From Spirochaetia bacterium (lineage in GTDB: Bacteria; Spirochaetota; Spirochaetia; DSM-2461), in contig OY764216.1 of NCBI GenBank assembly GCA_963668315.1, positions 4,832,001 to 4,896,000 on the forward strand: a stretch of 64,000 bases of DNA, given 5' to 3'. Positions 21,438 through 31,357 of the stretch are shown here, piece after piece (the first letter of the stretch is position 1; every line of letters starts with the position of its first letter). Position numbers and translations under genes: made by a program. The notes beneath the pieces are model-generated. The model was not told the DNA's origin. It saw nothing but the letters and a program-made list of their open reading frames with translations, and searched no databases.

Positions 21438-22465
21438 AGAAAATATTCAATACTCTCTTTATTACAACCCAGGGGACTTACTTATCAAAAGAAAGAGAAA
21501 CTGTTGCTGTTCATCTTGAAGATGATAAAACAATCCGGTTCCCCTTTCATAACCTAGATGGAATTGTCTGTTTTGGTAATATCAGATTAAGTCCATGGTT
21601 AATTGGCGCCTGCGGAGAAAAAGGTATTACCGTCAGCTTCTTAAATGAAAACGGAAAGTATCTGGGACGCTTCATAGGGACCGTTTCAGGCAATGTTCTA
21701 CTTAGACGTCAGCAATACAGAGTTGCCGACACCGATTCACAAAGATCAAAGATCGCGGCAAACATGGTTATTGGAAAGATAGCCAATACCCGGACTTGCC
21801 TTGAACGATTTTCCAGGGACCATCCGGATAACCCGGGTTATGAACATGTGAAAGAGGTTTCCAGAAAGCTTAAAAAAATTATTGTTCGACTGGAAAAAAG
21901 TGACTCAGTCGATTCGATAAGAGGCATGGAGGGAGAAGCGGGGGCACTCTACTTCTCAATATTCGATCATTTGATTTTGAAGCAGAAAGAAGGATTTCAA
22001 TTTTCAGGACGGAACCGAAGGCCACCTCTCGATTCAATCAATGCCTTGTTATCATTCATCTATACTCTACTCCATCATGACCTAACATCGGCCTGTGAAG
22101 CAACAGGCCTTGATCCGGCCGTTGGTTTGCTTCATGTAGATCGTCCGGGAAGAAACAGTCTAGCCCTGGATCTCATGGAGGAATTCAGAAGCTTTATGGC
22201 AGATAGGTTAGCCCTTTCTCTTATCAATCGCCAACAGATCACTCCAGATGATTTCCAAAAACATGCCAGTGGAGCCATCTATATAAATGACAAAGCAAAG
22301 AAAGTAGTTATTGATGCCTGGCAAAGCAGAAAAAAAGAAACATTGCAACATCCGTTCATTGGTGAGAAAACGACGATAGGAGCCTTGTTCTTCTATCAAG
22401 CACTTCTACTTTGCCGCCATTTACGAGGGGATCTCGAAGCCTACCCACCCTTTCTTTGGAGGTAA
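21434..22465 (+). CDS. cas1: Cas1 (type I-C)
   Basis: GNVLLRRQQY, RNRRPP.D.INALLS, LALDLMEEFR, YPPFLWR. Confidence 0.98.
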   Translation: MKKIFNTLFITTQGTYLSKERETVAVHLEDDKTIRFPFHNLDGIVCFGNIRLSPWLIGACGEKGITVSFLNENGKYLGRFIGTVSGNVLLRRQQYRVADTDSQRSKIAANMVIGKIANTRTCLERFSRDHPDNPGYEHVKEVSRKLKKIIVRLEKSDSVDSIRGMEGEAGALYFSIFDHLILKQKEGFQFSGRNRRPPLDSINALLSFIYTLLHHDLTSACEATGLDPAVGLLHVDRPGRNSLALDLMEEFRSFMADRLALSLINRQQITPDDFQKHASGAIYINDKAKKVVIDAWQSRKKETLQHPFIGEKTTIGALFFYQALLLCRHLRGDLEAYPPFLWR

Positions 22466-22466
22466 T

Positions 22467-22757
22467 ATGCTTGTATTGGTAAGTTATGATGTCTCAACAG
22501 AGGCACAAGATGGGAAGAGACGACTGAGACATATTGCAAAAATCTGTGAAGATTACGGCCAACGCGTTCAATATTCCGTTTTCGAATGTCTGGTTGATCC
22601 ATCACAGTGGGCACAACTGAAGCGCAAACTTGAAAAAAAGATTAATCCCAAAACAGATAGTCTCCGCTTTTACAAGCTGGGTTCCAATTGGAAGAATCGT
22701 GTTGAACACATAGGCGCAAAACCCTCATATGACCCGGAGGGATCATTGATTCTTTAA
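22467..22757 (+). CDS. cas2: Cas2
   Basis: LVSYDV, YGQRVQYSVFEC, DSLRFY. Confidence 0.98.
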   Translation: MLVLVSYDVSTEAQDGKRRLRHIAKICEDYGQRVQYSVFECLVDPSQWAQLKRKLEKKINPKTDSLRFYKLGSNWKNRVEHIGAKPSYDPEGSLIL

Positions 22758-22932
22758 TTGCGAACCTTTGATAAGCAGAACTAGCCAAAGCATTCGCACT
22801 ATTTTTATTCTTTTTCTAAAAATAACTTAGTATGTATGATCTTTGAAAAATAAGAGAAGGATTTAGATTCTACCCCGGTTCGCGAAATTGTATACATAAA
22901 TCGTTTGAGATATATTGTTTATTGCAAAAGCA
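22758..22932 (+). promoter_or_regulatory. CRISPR leader
   Basis: AT-rich 175 bp between cas2 and the first repeat, with GCGAACC and GGTTCGC motifs. Confidence 0.8.
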
Positions 22933-25900
22933 GTCGCTCCCCTCGCGGGGGCGTGGATTGAAACATGACCTGGCTTTAGGGCTGGCGGGAGTTGAACCGT
23001 CGCTCCCCTCGCGGGGGCGTGGATTGAAACTCTTTCTCCTCGATCCGTCCCACAAGGTCACCTTGTCGCTCCCCTCGCGGGGGCGTGGATTGAAACAATG
23101 CATGAAGAGATCAGAAATACTTTTAGTAGGTCGCTCCCCTCGCGGGGGCGTGGATTGAAACTCTTCACCGGAATTTGCAGCAACCCCTGGGAACGTCGCT
23201 CCCCTCGCGGGGGCGTGGATTGAAACGCATCTCTTGGCTGTAGAAGAGAGTTTGCCAAATGTCGCTCCCCTCGCGGGGGCGTGGATTGAAACTCGGACAT
23301 AGAACAGTTTGTGCAGTCGAGATTGAGTCGCTCCCCTCGCGGGGGCGTGGATTGAAACAAATCCTACCATGTCTTTTAAGTGCATCGTAAGAGTCGCTCC
23401 CCTCGCGGGGGCGTGGATTGAAACATGTTTTCGACATTATCCATATCGAATTTAAAACCGTCGCTCCCCTCGCGGGGGCGTGGATTGAAACCGTTGAATT
23501 ATCAGACCTTACTGGAAATCAACATGTCGCTCCCCTCGCGGGGGCGTGGATTGAAACCTCATGGTGGTATGATACTGCCGATTATATTCTGTGTCGCTCC
23601 CCTCGCGGGGGCGTGGATTGAAACTGCCATAAAGGATTTTTTCTCCGGGAAAGAATCGTGTCGCTCCCCTCGCGGGGGCGTGGATTGAAACTCAATCCTG
23701 GTCACTTTATCAAGCCAGTTTTCCAGGTCGCTCCCCTCGCGGGGGCGTGGATTGAAACCTACCGTTGATAAAAGATTAGAGTTCTGCACCGTGTCGCTCC
23801 CCTCGCGGGGGCGTGGATTGAAACTCTTAACATTAGCCGTCACCGTCACCGTCACCGGGTCGCTCCCCTCGCGGGGGCGTGGATTGAAACGATCAACTAG
23901 ATCATATGGATTGGGAAGATATAAAGTCGCTCCCCTCGCGGGGGCGTGGATTGAAACTCTTCGACGCTCGCGAGGTTGCCCTCGGTTTTGAGGTCGCTCC
24001 CCTCGCGGGGGCGTGGATTGAAACAATTGGGGCGAGAAGTAACGTTGACGCGCTAAATGTCGCTCCCCTCGCGGGGGCGTGGATTGAAACTTTTAAGCCG
24101 TCAGACAATGCGTCTTGCTCTACTGTCGCTCCCCTCGCGGGGGCGTGGATTGAAACACTGACGTCTAGGGAAAGAGAGAACCAATTCTCCGTCGCTCCCC
24201 TCGCGGGGGCGTGGATTGAAACAGATACGACAGAAGAACGTCGAGCGCGGCAAGGCCGTCGCTCCCCTCGCGGGGGCGTGGATTGAAACTCGCCGTACCG
24301 GTCAAGGTAAGCCTGAAGAACGGCGTCGCTCCCCTCGCGGGGGCGTGGATTGAAACTCATAACATAATAAGATAAAACATAATCATATTAAGTCGCTCCC
24401 CTCGCGGGGGCGTGGATTGAAACTGAACAGTGCCTATTGCATTTATGAGGGTAAAAAGTCGCTCCCCTCGCGGGGGCGTGGATTGAAACCGAACGTCGTC
24501 GGTCTTTACTGTCAGACCAGAGAGTCGCTCCCCTCGCGGGGGCGTGGATTGAAACCACCACCACCAACATCCTCCACTGTCCATGAGCCGTCGCTCCCCT
24601 CGCGGGGGCGTGGATTGAAACTTACGCGCTCCGGGTCGCCTCCGTAATATCCAAGGTCGCTCCCCTCGCGGGGGCGTGGATTGAAACAAATCCTACCATG
24701 TCTTTTAAGTGCATCGTAAGAGTCGCTCCCCTCGCGGGGGCGTGGATTGAAACAAAAAATTCAGGGGTGACCTTTACCTTATCCTCGTCGCTCCCCTCGC
24801 GGGGGCGTGGATTGAAACTCATAATCATAATCTTTTCCCAATGCGAGAATTTGTCGCTCCCCTCGCGGGGGCGTGGATTGAAACCGAAAACCCGGATCGG
24901 AAATATGGATCACTTTCAAGTCGCTCCCCTCGCGGGGGCGTGGATTGAAACTTGGAGGGGGCGGGCCATCAATACCGACTTTAAAGTCGCTCCCCTCGCG
25001 GGGGCGTGGATTGAAACCCGAGGTTGAGGATATGCAAATTTATGGTGTAGGTCGCTCCCCTCGCGGGGGCGTGGATTGAAACTTGGAATAGCAAGTCCAG
25101 CATGCATATCCAACACGTCGCTCCCCTCGCGGGGGCGTGGATTGAAACTGGTCTGTGTGCAAGCATTAAATATAGGCCAACGTCGCTCCCCTCGCGGGGG
25201 CGTGGATTGAAACGTCAAGAGAGAATCAAACTCTACTTGCTTGTATAGTCGCTCCCCTCGCGGGGGCGTGGATTGAAACATTATCAAATCCGTAGCCACT
25301 GTCGGAATTGGCACGTCGCTCCCCTCGCGGGGGCGTGGATTGAAACTCGTCTATGGCACCGCCACGGGCAAGCGTATCAAGTCGCTCCCCTCGCGGGGGC
25401 GTGGATTGAAACAACCCTATTCTGGCCCATAAACCAAATTTTAAGAGTCGCTCCCCTCGCGGGGGCGTGGATTGAAACTCTGGGCCGTGAATAATGGGTA
25501 TGGGACGGTTTCGGGTCGCTCCCCTCGCGGGGGCGTGGATTGAAACTTGGAATAGCAAGTCCAGCATGCATATCCAACACGTCGCTCCCCTCGCGGGGGC
25601 GTGGATTGAAACAGGGATAGGCACACGGGCTATCCCGACGAACGGGGTCGCTCCCCTCGCGGGGGCGTGGATTGAAACGGTTTTTCGGTTGTGTTTTTCC
25701 ATCCACAAACTGGTCGCTCCCCTCGCGGGGGCGTGGATTGAAACTATATGCACCTTAGTGCCTCCTTTGTCCCCTTCCGTCGCTCCCCTCGCGGGGGCGT
25801 GGATTGAAACTGACAGTGTTATTGTCCCAGACGCCTTACGGGATGGTCGCTCCCCTCGCGGGGGCGTGGATTGAAACTCTATGGTCCTTAATGCTCCCAT

Positions 25901-26940
25901 TCCGAGGAGAGGTCGCTCCCCTCGCGGGGGCGTGGATTGAAACTTGACATAGATGTTGACACAAAATCCTGTGAAAAGTCGCTCCCCTCGCGGGGGCGTG
26001 GATTGAAACAAAGTGGTCACGGTGATATTAAATGTCACCTCAGGTCGCTCCCCTCGCGGGGGCGTGGATTGAAACATCAGCCTGGTTTCGTCGGAAAGAT
26101 TCCAAAACAGTCGCTCCCCTCGCGGGGGCGTGGATTGAAACCTCTTAGCCTAGTGCCTCTTTATCTAGAGCATTGATGTCGCTCCCCTCGCGGGGGCGTG
26201 GATTGAAACTCACTCATCGTCTTATCCTCCATAACTCAACACCGTCGCTCCCCTCGCGGGGGCGTGGATTGAAACAATGGACTGGTTGAAACGGGTAGGG
26301 AAAGGTCTTGTCGCTCCCCTCGCGGGGGCGTGGATTGAAACACGATGCAGACAAAACAGAATATGAAAATTGAGAGTCGCTCCCCTCGCGGGGGCGTGGA
26401 TTGAAACGCTATCGCCTTTCCGTCGAGAGTAAGTGTAACGTGTCGCTCCCCTCGCGGGGGCGTGGATTGAAACGTATCATCTTTTGTCACAACTTTGCTA
26501 GCTAACGTGTCGCTCCCCTCGCGGGGGCGTGGATTGAAACTCTGATAAATACACTTTATCTTGCTATCCTGTAGGTCGCTCCCCTCGCGGGGGCGTGGAT
26601 TGAAACCTCTTAGCCTAGTGCCTCTTTATCTAGAGCATTGATGTCGCTCCCCTCGCGGGGGCGTGGATTGAAACACGATGCAGACAAAACAGAATATGAA
26701 AATTGAGAGTCGCTCCCCTCGCGGGGGCGTGGATTGAAACTATTTGAGATTTTTCCAGAATGGCGTAATTATGAGTCGCTCCCCTCGCGGGGGCGTGGAT
26801 TGAAACTTATTGTGAGAGTTAGAACCGCTCCCGCGCTATGTCGCTCCCCTCGCGGGGGCGTGGATTGAAACAACCGTTGATGTTACTCTGGAAAACGAGT
26901 CCCTGAAAGTCGCTCCCCTCGCGGGGGCGTGGAATGCTTT
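22933..26940 (+). CRISPR. Type I-C array: 61 repeats (GTCGCTCCCCTCGCGGGGGCGTGGATTGAAAC, 32 bp) and 60 spacers of ~33-37 bp
   Basis: Counted by eye; last repeat (26909-26940) degenerate at its 3' end, fixing + orientation. Confidence 0.99.
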
Positions 26941-27014
26941 CTCTCTTTTCAGTAAGTACTCCCATATTCACCAAGTAATAGTAAGAAGATATTATCGTTT
27001 TTTACTTGTACTAC

Positions 27015-27037
27015 TGTCCTATGAAATGTGTAGTAAA
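27015..27037 (+). repeat. Candidate integrase arm-type site, right
   Basis: 22/23 identical to 7332-7354. Confidence 0.65.
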
Positions 27038-27178
27038 ACCCCTGAATCAATAAGAATAAAGCTGAATAAGAATAATGAAAATAGACAATTTTCAACCATT
27101 GACAACTGATACTTTACTTGCTATCCTATAACAAATTAAAAGCACATATGACATCAAATGATAAATAAACGGTTATGC

Positions 27179-27223
27179 GCTCATAACCCGAAGGCCGGAG
27201 GTTCGAGTCCTTCCCCTGCTAAA
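27179..27223 (+). repeat. att core, copy 2 (tRNA-fMet 3' fragment)
   Basis: Identical to 7214-7258; 5' half of the tRNA absent. Confidence 0.95.
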
Positions 27224-27308
27224 GCATGACAATTCTTTCTGTTAGAAAGAATTAGAAGTAACAACAGGTATAAACTACCGGAAGACCGGCGTTTCTATCA
27301 AAATCCAG

Positions 27309-27329
27309 TGACACCAAGAATGACACCAA
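27309..27329 (+). repeat. Tandem TGACACCAA x2, candidate arm-type sites of integrase 2
   Basis: Same relative position as the 23-bp motif of element 1. Confidence 0.5.
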
Positions 27330-27353
27330 AATCATTCTTGTACAGGAGATGAT

Positions 27354-28676
27354 ATGAACAGCCGGTCTTTTTATTTGTACCGACGGAATCCCAGAGGCCC
27401 TTATTACGTAAAGTTCCGTAATCCCCTGACAGGCGAAATAGGATCATATAAATCCACAGGAGAGTCTGATAGGGATAGAGCGTCTTATATCGCACAGAAA
27501 TGGCTTTATGAGGGAATGCCTGAAGGAAGAACCCAAAAGCCCAAAAATCCCGGTGAGTACTTCACCAAAGAATCTGTTTTCGAGAAATTAAGGAAATTAG
27601 ATCTTACTCCTGAAGACGCCCAAAGAATATTACAGCTCTTGAAAAAAAAGGAGCTCATTACAAATACTAAATTGGGCACAGTTAACACCAACTCACCTCT
27701 ATTTATCTCTTGGCTTCTGGATATGTGGAATCATGAAACAAGCCCCTACATTAAAGAGAAATTAGCCCACGGACATTCTCTTGGTAAACGACGAAGTTAC
27801 GATGCGATTAGATCTATAGAAAAACATTGGGCTCCCTTTTTTGAAGGAGTAAACCGGGATGAACTAACTCGGCACAATCTCAAGGATTTCTCCCTCCACT
27901 TATCAGAAAAGGGTTTGGCAGCTAAAAGCATAAACAATATTCTCTCCCCCGGTACGGTGATTCTCAAATGGGCTGCTCAGAATGATATTATCAAAACCGA
28001 TCCTTCTATTGGTTTACGAAAATTCTCTGGTACAGCACAGAAACGGGGAATACTAACAGATAAGGAAGTGAATACGTTATTTACCGATGGAATATGGAAA
28101 GATCCCAAAGTTCGTCTTGCAAATATCCTTGCCTCCGTATCAGGCTTAAGAAATGGAGAAATTCTTGCTTTACAAGTTCAGGATATTGGAGAAGACCGCA
28201 TCTATGTTAGACATAACTGGTCCATCAAGGACGGATTAAAATCACCGAAGAATGGTCTTTCCCGTGAAGTTCCCATATTCCCTACGTTAAGAAAAGAATT
28301 GCTTAGATGGGCTAGACGCCACCCTGAGGGTATGTCTCCTGAACATTTCCTATTTTATAGCGAAATTACCCCTTCCATCCCACTTAATGGGGGAACACTC
28401 TCTAGACATCTTGTAAGTGCTCTGGAAAGCATAGGAATAAGCGATAAGGATAGAAAAGAAAGAAAAATAGATTTTCATAGTTGGAGGCATCGTTTTGCGA
28501 CTCTTCTGACCCATAAGGTGGGTCAGAATACAGCCCGAGTAACCGGACACCTGGACCAGAAGATGCTAGAACATTACAGCAACCATTCCAGCGAAAAAGA
28601 TTTCCAAGAGATCTACGACGCCAGCGCACAAATTTTCAGTAACACATTTAATATTGTAGAGGAGAATGCCGTATGA
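27354..28676 (+). CDS. Tyrosine recombinase/integrase 2
   Basis: GLRNGE, FHSWRH, VTGH...EHY; collinear with integrase 1 (LKDFSL.LSEKGLAA..INNI). Confidence 0.95.
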   Translation: MNSRSFYLYRRNPRGPYYVKFRNPLTGEIGSYKSTGESDRDRASYIAQKWLYEGMPEGRTQKPKNPGEYFTKESVFEKLRKLDLTPEDAQRILQLLKKKELITNTKLGTVNTNSPLFISWLLDMWNHETSPYIKEKLAHGHSLGKRRSYDAIRSIEKHWAPFFEGVNRDELTRHNLKDFSLHLSEKGLAAKSINNILSPGTVILKWAAQNDIIKTDPSIGLRKFSGTAQKRGILTDKEVNTLFTDGIWKDPKVRLANILASVSGLRNGEILALQVQDIGEDRIYVRHNWSIKDGLKSPKNGLSREVPIFPTLRKELLRWARRHPEGMSPEHFLFYSEITPSIPLNGGTLSRHLVSALESIGISDKDRKERKIDFHSWRHRFATLLTHKVGQNTARVTGHLDQKMLEHYSNHSSEKDFQEIYDASAQIFSNTFNIVEENAV

Positions 28677-29314
28677 GTGGAGAAGTACCCGTAGACTTTG
28701 CCTTTGAAGACAATGCAACACTGGAATCATTGGAAGAAGGAATAAGAGAAATAGGAGATCAGATTAAACTGGGGCATGCTTTCATAGCGGTTGCATTAGG
28801 CAGAGTTAAAAAGGATAAATTATACCTTAAAGTTGCCGTAGACTTTAAAAGATATCTGGAATTAGAAAGACTTGATCTCTCCTATCAAAGAGCAATATAC
28901 CTTGCGGACATCGGAGAAAAATATATCAGGTATAAACCACAACTACAGGCAAACGGTATCAGGCTCTACGAAAATATGAGTAAAATTCGTCTGCTCGAAT
29001 CTGAGATTGTGGAAAATGATCCTGTCTGGTGGAAACGTATGAAGAAAAATTCAGTAAGAGAGCTCAAGGATTTCATTGAAAAACGAAAAAGCAGTATAGA
29101 CGTCTCAACTGAACCGAATGATGACGGAATCATTACCGTAAGCAACTCCAGTCTTTACCTAAATCGGGAGAAAATCCGCGGGATTAACCTGAAAGAGTTC
29201 AAAAAGAATGCCCATAAAGGAAAAAGAGCCGTTGTTATATGGGTCGATGACGACCAAGAGGCTAGAAAAGTGCGAAAAAAGCTAAAAAAAATCCACGGGG
29301 CAGAAACAGACTAA
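28673..29314 (+). CDS. Integrase partner protein (possibly DUF3102/Borrelia PF49-like)
   Basis: ATGA coupling to the integrase; L.RVK.DKLY....DFK.Y...L.LSY..A..L pattern. Confidence 0.75.
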   Translation: MSGEVPVDFAFEDNATLESLEEGIREIGDQIKLGHAFIAVALGRVKKDKLYLKVAVDFKRYLELERLDLSYQRAIYLADIGEKYIRYKPQLQANGIRLYENMSKIRLLESEIVENDPVWWKRMKKNSVRELKDFIEKRKSSIDVSTEPNDDGIITVSNSSLYLNREKIRGINLKEFKKNAHKGKRAVVIWVDDDQEARKVRKKLKKIHGAETD

Positions 29315-29802
29315 CACAACACTACACAATATAAGAAATCTGGTAATAAGAAAAGGAAAGGGGACAGAGGGGATATTGAATCTTCTCTATCTTCCCGAAA
29401 AACATTGATTCGAATAGACCGCTATAATGCGTTTTCCCTCTGTTGCAAACCTTGGAAATTCACTCCGAGTTAATAGATGGGAAGAGCTATAAATAAGCGT
29501 CCTATCCTCTTCGTAAGACAATGGCTATTCCTGTAAAATGACGTATATTTTAATCGCTAGGAAGGACCTTCTGGATAGGGAATCCCACGTGTAAATCGGC
29601 TTGCTTCTATTGAAAAAAGGCAATTTTCTAGGGGCTAAAACAGCCCCCTAAAATGAAGGGTTTGACCCCTAAATTACATTACCGTATTTGCAAATACCTA
29701 GCTCTTGAACAGACGATAGAACAAAGGATCTTTGAAAAAGTTAAGATAACGGTTATTTCAGCTATCCCCCACTGATATCTAGAATATAAAGCAATTCTAA
29801 GA

Positions 29803-29952
29803 TTACATCAAGATCCTGTCCCGGATCAACAAAAAACTACCGCATTGGGGACAGCGTATTTTCCTTGCTTCCTTCCCTCTTAACCGATTCCCGCATTTTA
29901 AGCAAACCTTAGGTTTCGGCTCTTTCGGGTTATACCAGATTCCTTTTTCCAT
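29803..29952 (-). CDS. 49-aa zinc-ribbon protein (not in ORF track)
   Basis: MEKGIWYNPKEPKPKVCLKCGNRLRGKEARKIRCPQCGSFLLIRDRILM; GAGGAGGAG RBS. Confidence 0.7.
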   Translation of the reverse strand: MEKGIWYNPKEPKPKVCLKCGNRLRGKEARKIRCPQCGSFLLIRDRILM

Positions 29953-30024
29953 CGAACTCCTCCTCTGACATTTTATTATCAAGTTTTATAGAAGACCGGG
30001 CCTCCCCCTAGGAGACCCGTAGAT

Positions 30025-30405
30025 TTAATCTTCATAGGGATACATGATAGTTAAAACCGGTTCCCCCTTATCTCCGGGGCCAATTATGGCTTTAACTATA
30101 ATATTCTCAGGATTCCCTTCCGTTTTCATCTGGAACAGAACCTTGATGCGAATCTCGCTCTGCGTTGATTTCCTGGCATAGATATGTAGCATAAAGAGCA
30201 AATCCCAGAGACGTCCCTTAACCGACTGTCCTAGGGCAGCCAACTCCTCCTTCGGAACAACCACACCGTTATAGAACGTATCCGTTATGGCGACAGGTAC
30301 CTTGAAACCTACTTCCCTGGCAAAATCCGTTACATCGACAAGAACACCGTCCTCAATAGCTTGCTTCCTGGTATATGTATAAACGATGTCTGCCTCATCC
30401 CACAT
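30025..30405 (-). CDS. DUF6573-like mobile-element protein
   Basis: YTYTRKQAIEDGVLVDV...GRLWDLL...GPGD.GEPVLTIM.P.ED. Confidence 0.75.
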   Translation of the reverse strand: MWDEADIVYTYTRKQAIEDGVLVDVTDFAREVGFKVPVAITDTFYNGVVVPKEELAALGQSVKGRLWDLLFMLHIYARKSTQSEIRIKVLFQMKTEGNPENIIVKAIIGPGDKGEPVLTIMYPYED

Positions 30406-30742
30406 GATGTTCACCCTTATGTTCATTCCTGAACTCGATATGTTCGGCAACAATAATGACCTTACTATGGTTCATACCATCCTTCTTCCACCGATTCTGC
30501 TTCAAACGGCCTACGACACGTACGCTTCTGCCTTTTTCCAAGTATTTCAGACAGTTTTCCGCTATCCTCCCCCAGCACTCCACATCAAAAAAGGAAACCT
30601 CTTCCTCCTTATCATCGGCTTTTCTGTATATCCGGTTGGAGGCCAGGTTCATTTCGCAAAGTGTTACCTCTCCCTTATGAGTTCGTTCTTCCGGATTCCT
30701 GGTTAACCGGCCTTCTAAAATAATTGAATTGAGTGAATTCAT
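30395..30742 (-). CDS. ssb: Single-stranded DNA-binding protein lacking the acidic tail
   Basis: LNSIILEGRLTRNPE, FFDVECWG..AE.C..YL.KG..V.V.GRL. Confidence 0.92.
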   Translation of the reverse strand: MNSLNSIILEGRLTRNPEERTHKGEVTLCEMNLASNRIYRKADDKEEEVSFFDVECWGRIAENCLKYLEKGRSVRVVGRLKQNRWKKDGMNHSKVIIVAEHIEFRNEHKGEHHVG

Positions 30743-30760
30743 TTCTTTCTCCTTGAATAA

Positions 30761-30795
30761 TAAAAAACCGTATCCCATCGCTGAGATACGGTTGG
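30761..30795 (-). terminator. Intrinsic terminator-like hairpin between gam and ssb
   Basis: AACCGTATC-N-GATACGGTT followed by a T run on the minus strand. Confidence 0.6.
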
Positions 30796-30806
30796 TATGG
30801 CGAAGC

Positions 30807-31343
30807 TCACTTCTCCTTAATTTGAAGCTCCTCTTCACCGATAGTCACATTTACTCCGGGAATTAACTCTCCCTGGCTAAGCAGCTTGTTGATCTCCGAT
30901 TTTGATAGTGATTTCTTAACCTGAACAATCTGGGGCTGGTTCGCCTCGCAAAACTTTATGGCAAGTTCTTCGTCGACCACTTCCACCCGATTGGGTTTCT
31001 TGCGCAAAGTGATGTTGACTCCGGGAGCCTTTACAGTTTTGCCTTTACGCAGCTTGAGAACCTCACGGGAGATGTAAGGTTTGAGCAGTCCCATCATGTA
31101 GCTCATGGTGTTTTCATCCTCCACATTGGCTCTCTCGTACCACAGATCAATCTTTTCCTTGAAACCCTTAGCCTGATCCCATCGTTCAGTCATGCGCTCC
31201 TTGGCCTGTATATACTTCCTGGCGGCCCAGGCAGCTTTTTCCAAGCTGTCGATGACGAATCCTTCTTCTCCCTCCTGGGGAATATCATCAACGAGAACTT
31301 CTGTAATATCCGGATGGATTTCCGCTACTGCAATAGATGACAT
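30807..31343 (-). CDS. Mu Gam-like host-nuclease inhibitor / Gp157-like protein
   Basis: IDSLEKAAWAARK coiled coil, KTVK.P...LRK, K..I.K.L..GE.IPGV. Confidence 0.75.
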   Translation of the reverse strand: MSSIAVAEIHPDITEVLVDDIPQEGEEGFVIDSLEKAAWAARKYIQAKERMTERWDQAKGFKEKIDLWYERANVEDENTMSYMMGLLKPYISREVLKLRKGKTVKAPGVNITLRKKPNRVEVVDEELAIKFCEANQPQIVQVKKSLSKSEINKLLSQGELIPGVNVTIGEEELQIKEK

Positions 31344-31357
31344 GGTTTACCTCCTTC

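Larger units (their letters stand above)
7214..27223. mobile_element. Integrated element 1 (~20 kb) carrying type I-C CRISPR-Cas
   Basis: 45-bp flanking direct repeats, integrase next to the left att, xis and rep genes, lower GC than the flank. Confidence 0.9.

Noticed and set aside
22870..26490. Many ORFs across the CRISPR array
   Set aside because: Translations of repeats (FQSTPPRGER, VSIHAPARGAT), not genes.
22933..26940. Self-targeting spacers against element 2 or the window
   Set aside because: Only short (~10 nt) matches noticed by eye; a BLASTn-short search is needed to exclude them fully.
27179..27223. Second tRNA-Met
   Set aside because: Only the 3' half is present; it is an att site.
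27354..28676. Integrase 2 as the integron integrase IntI
   Set aside because: It is a paralog of integrase 1 beside a tRNA att, about 4 kb from the array, and I see no IntI-specific motifs. It was not tested by HMM.
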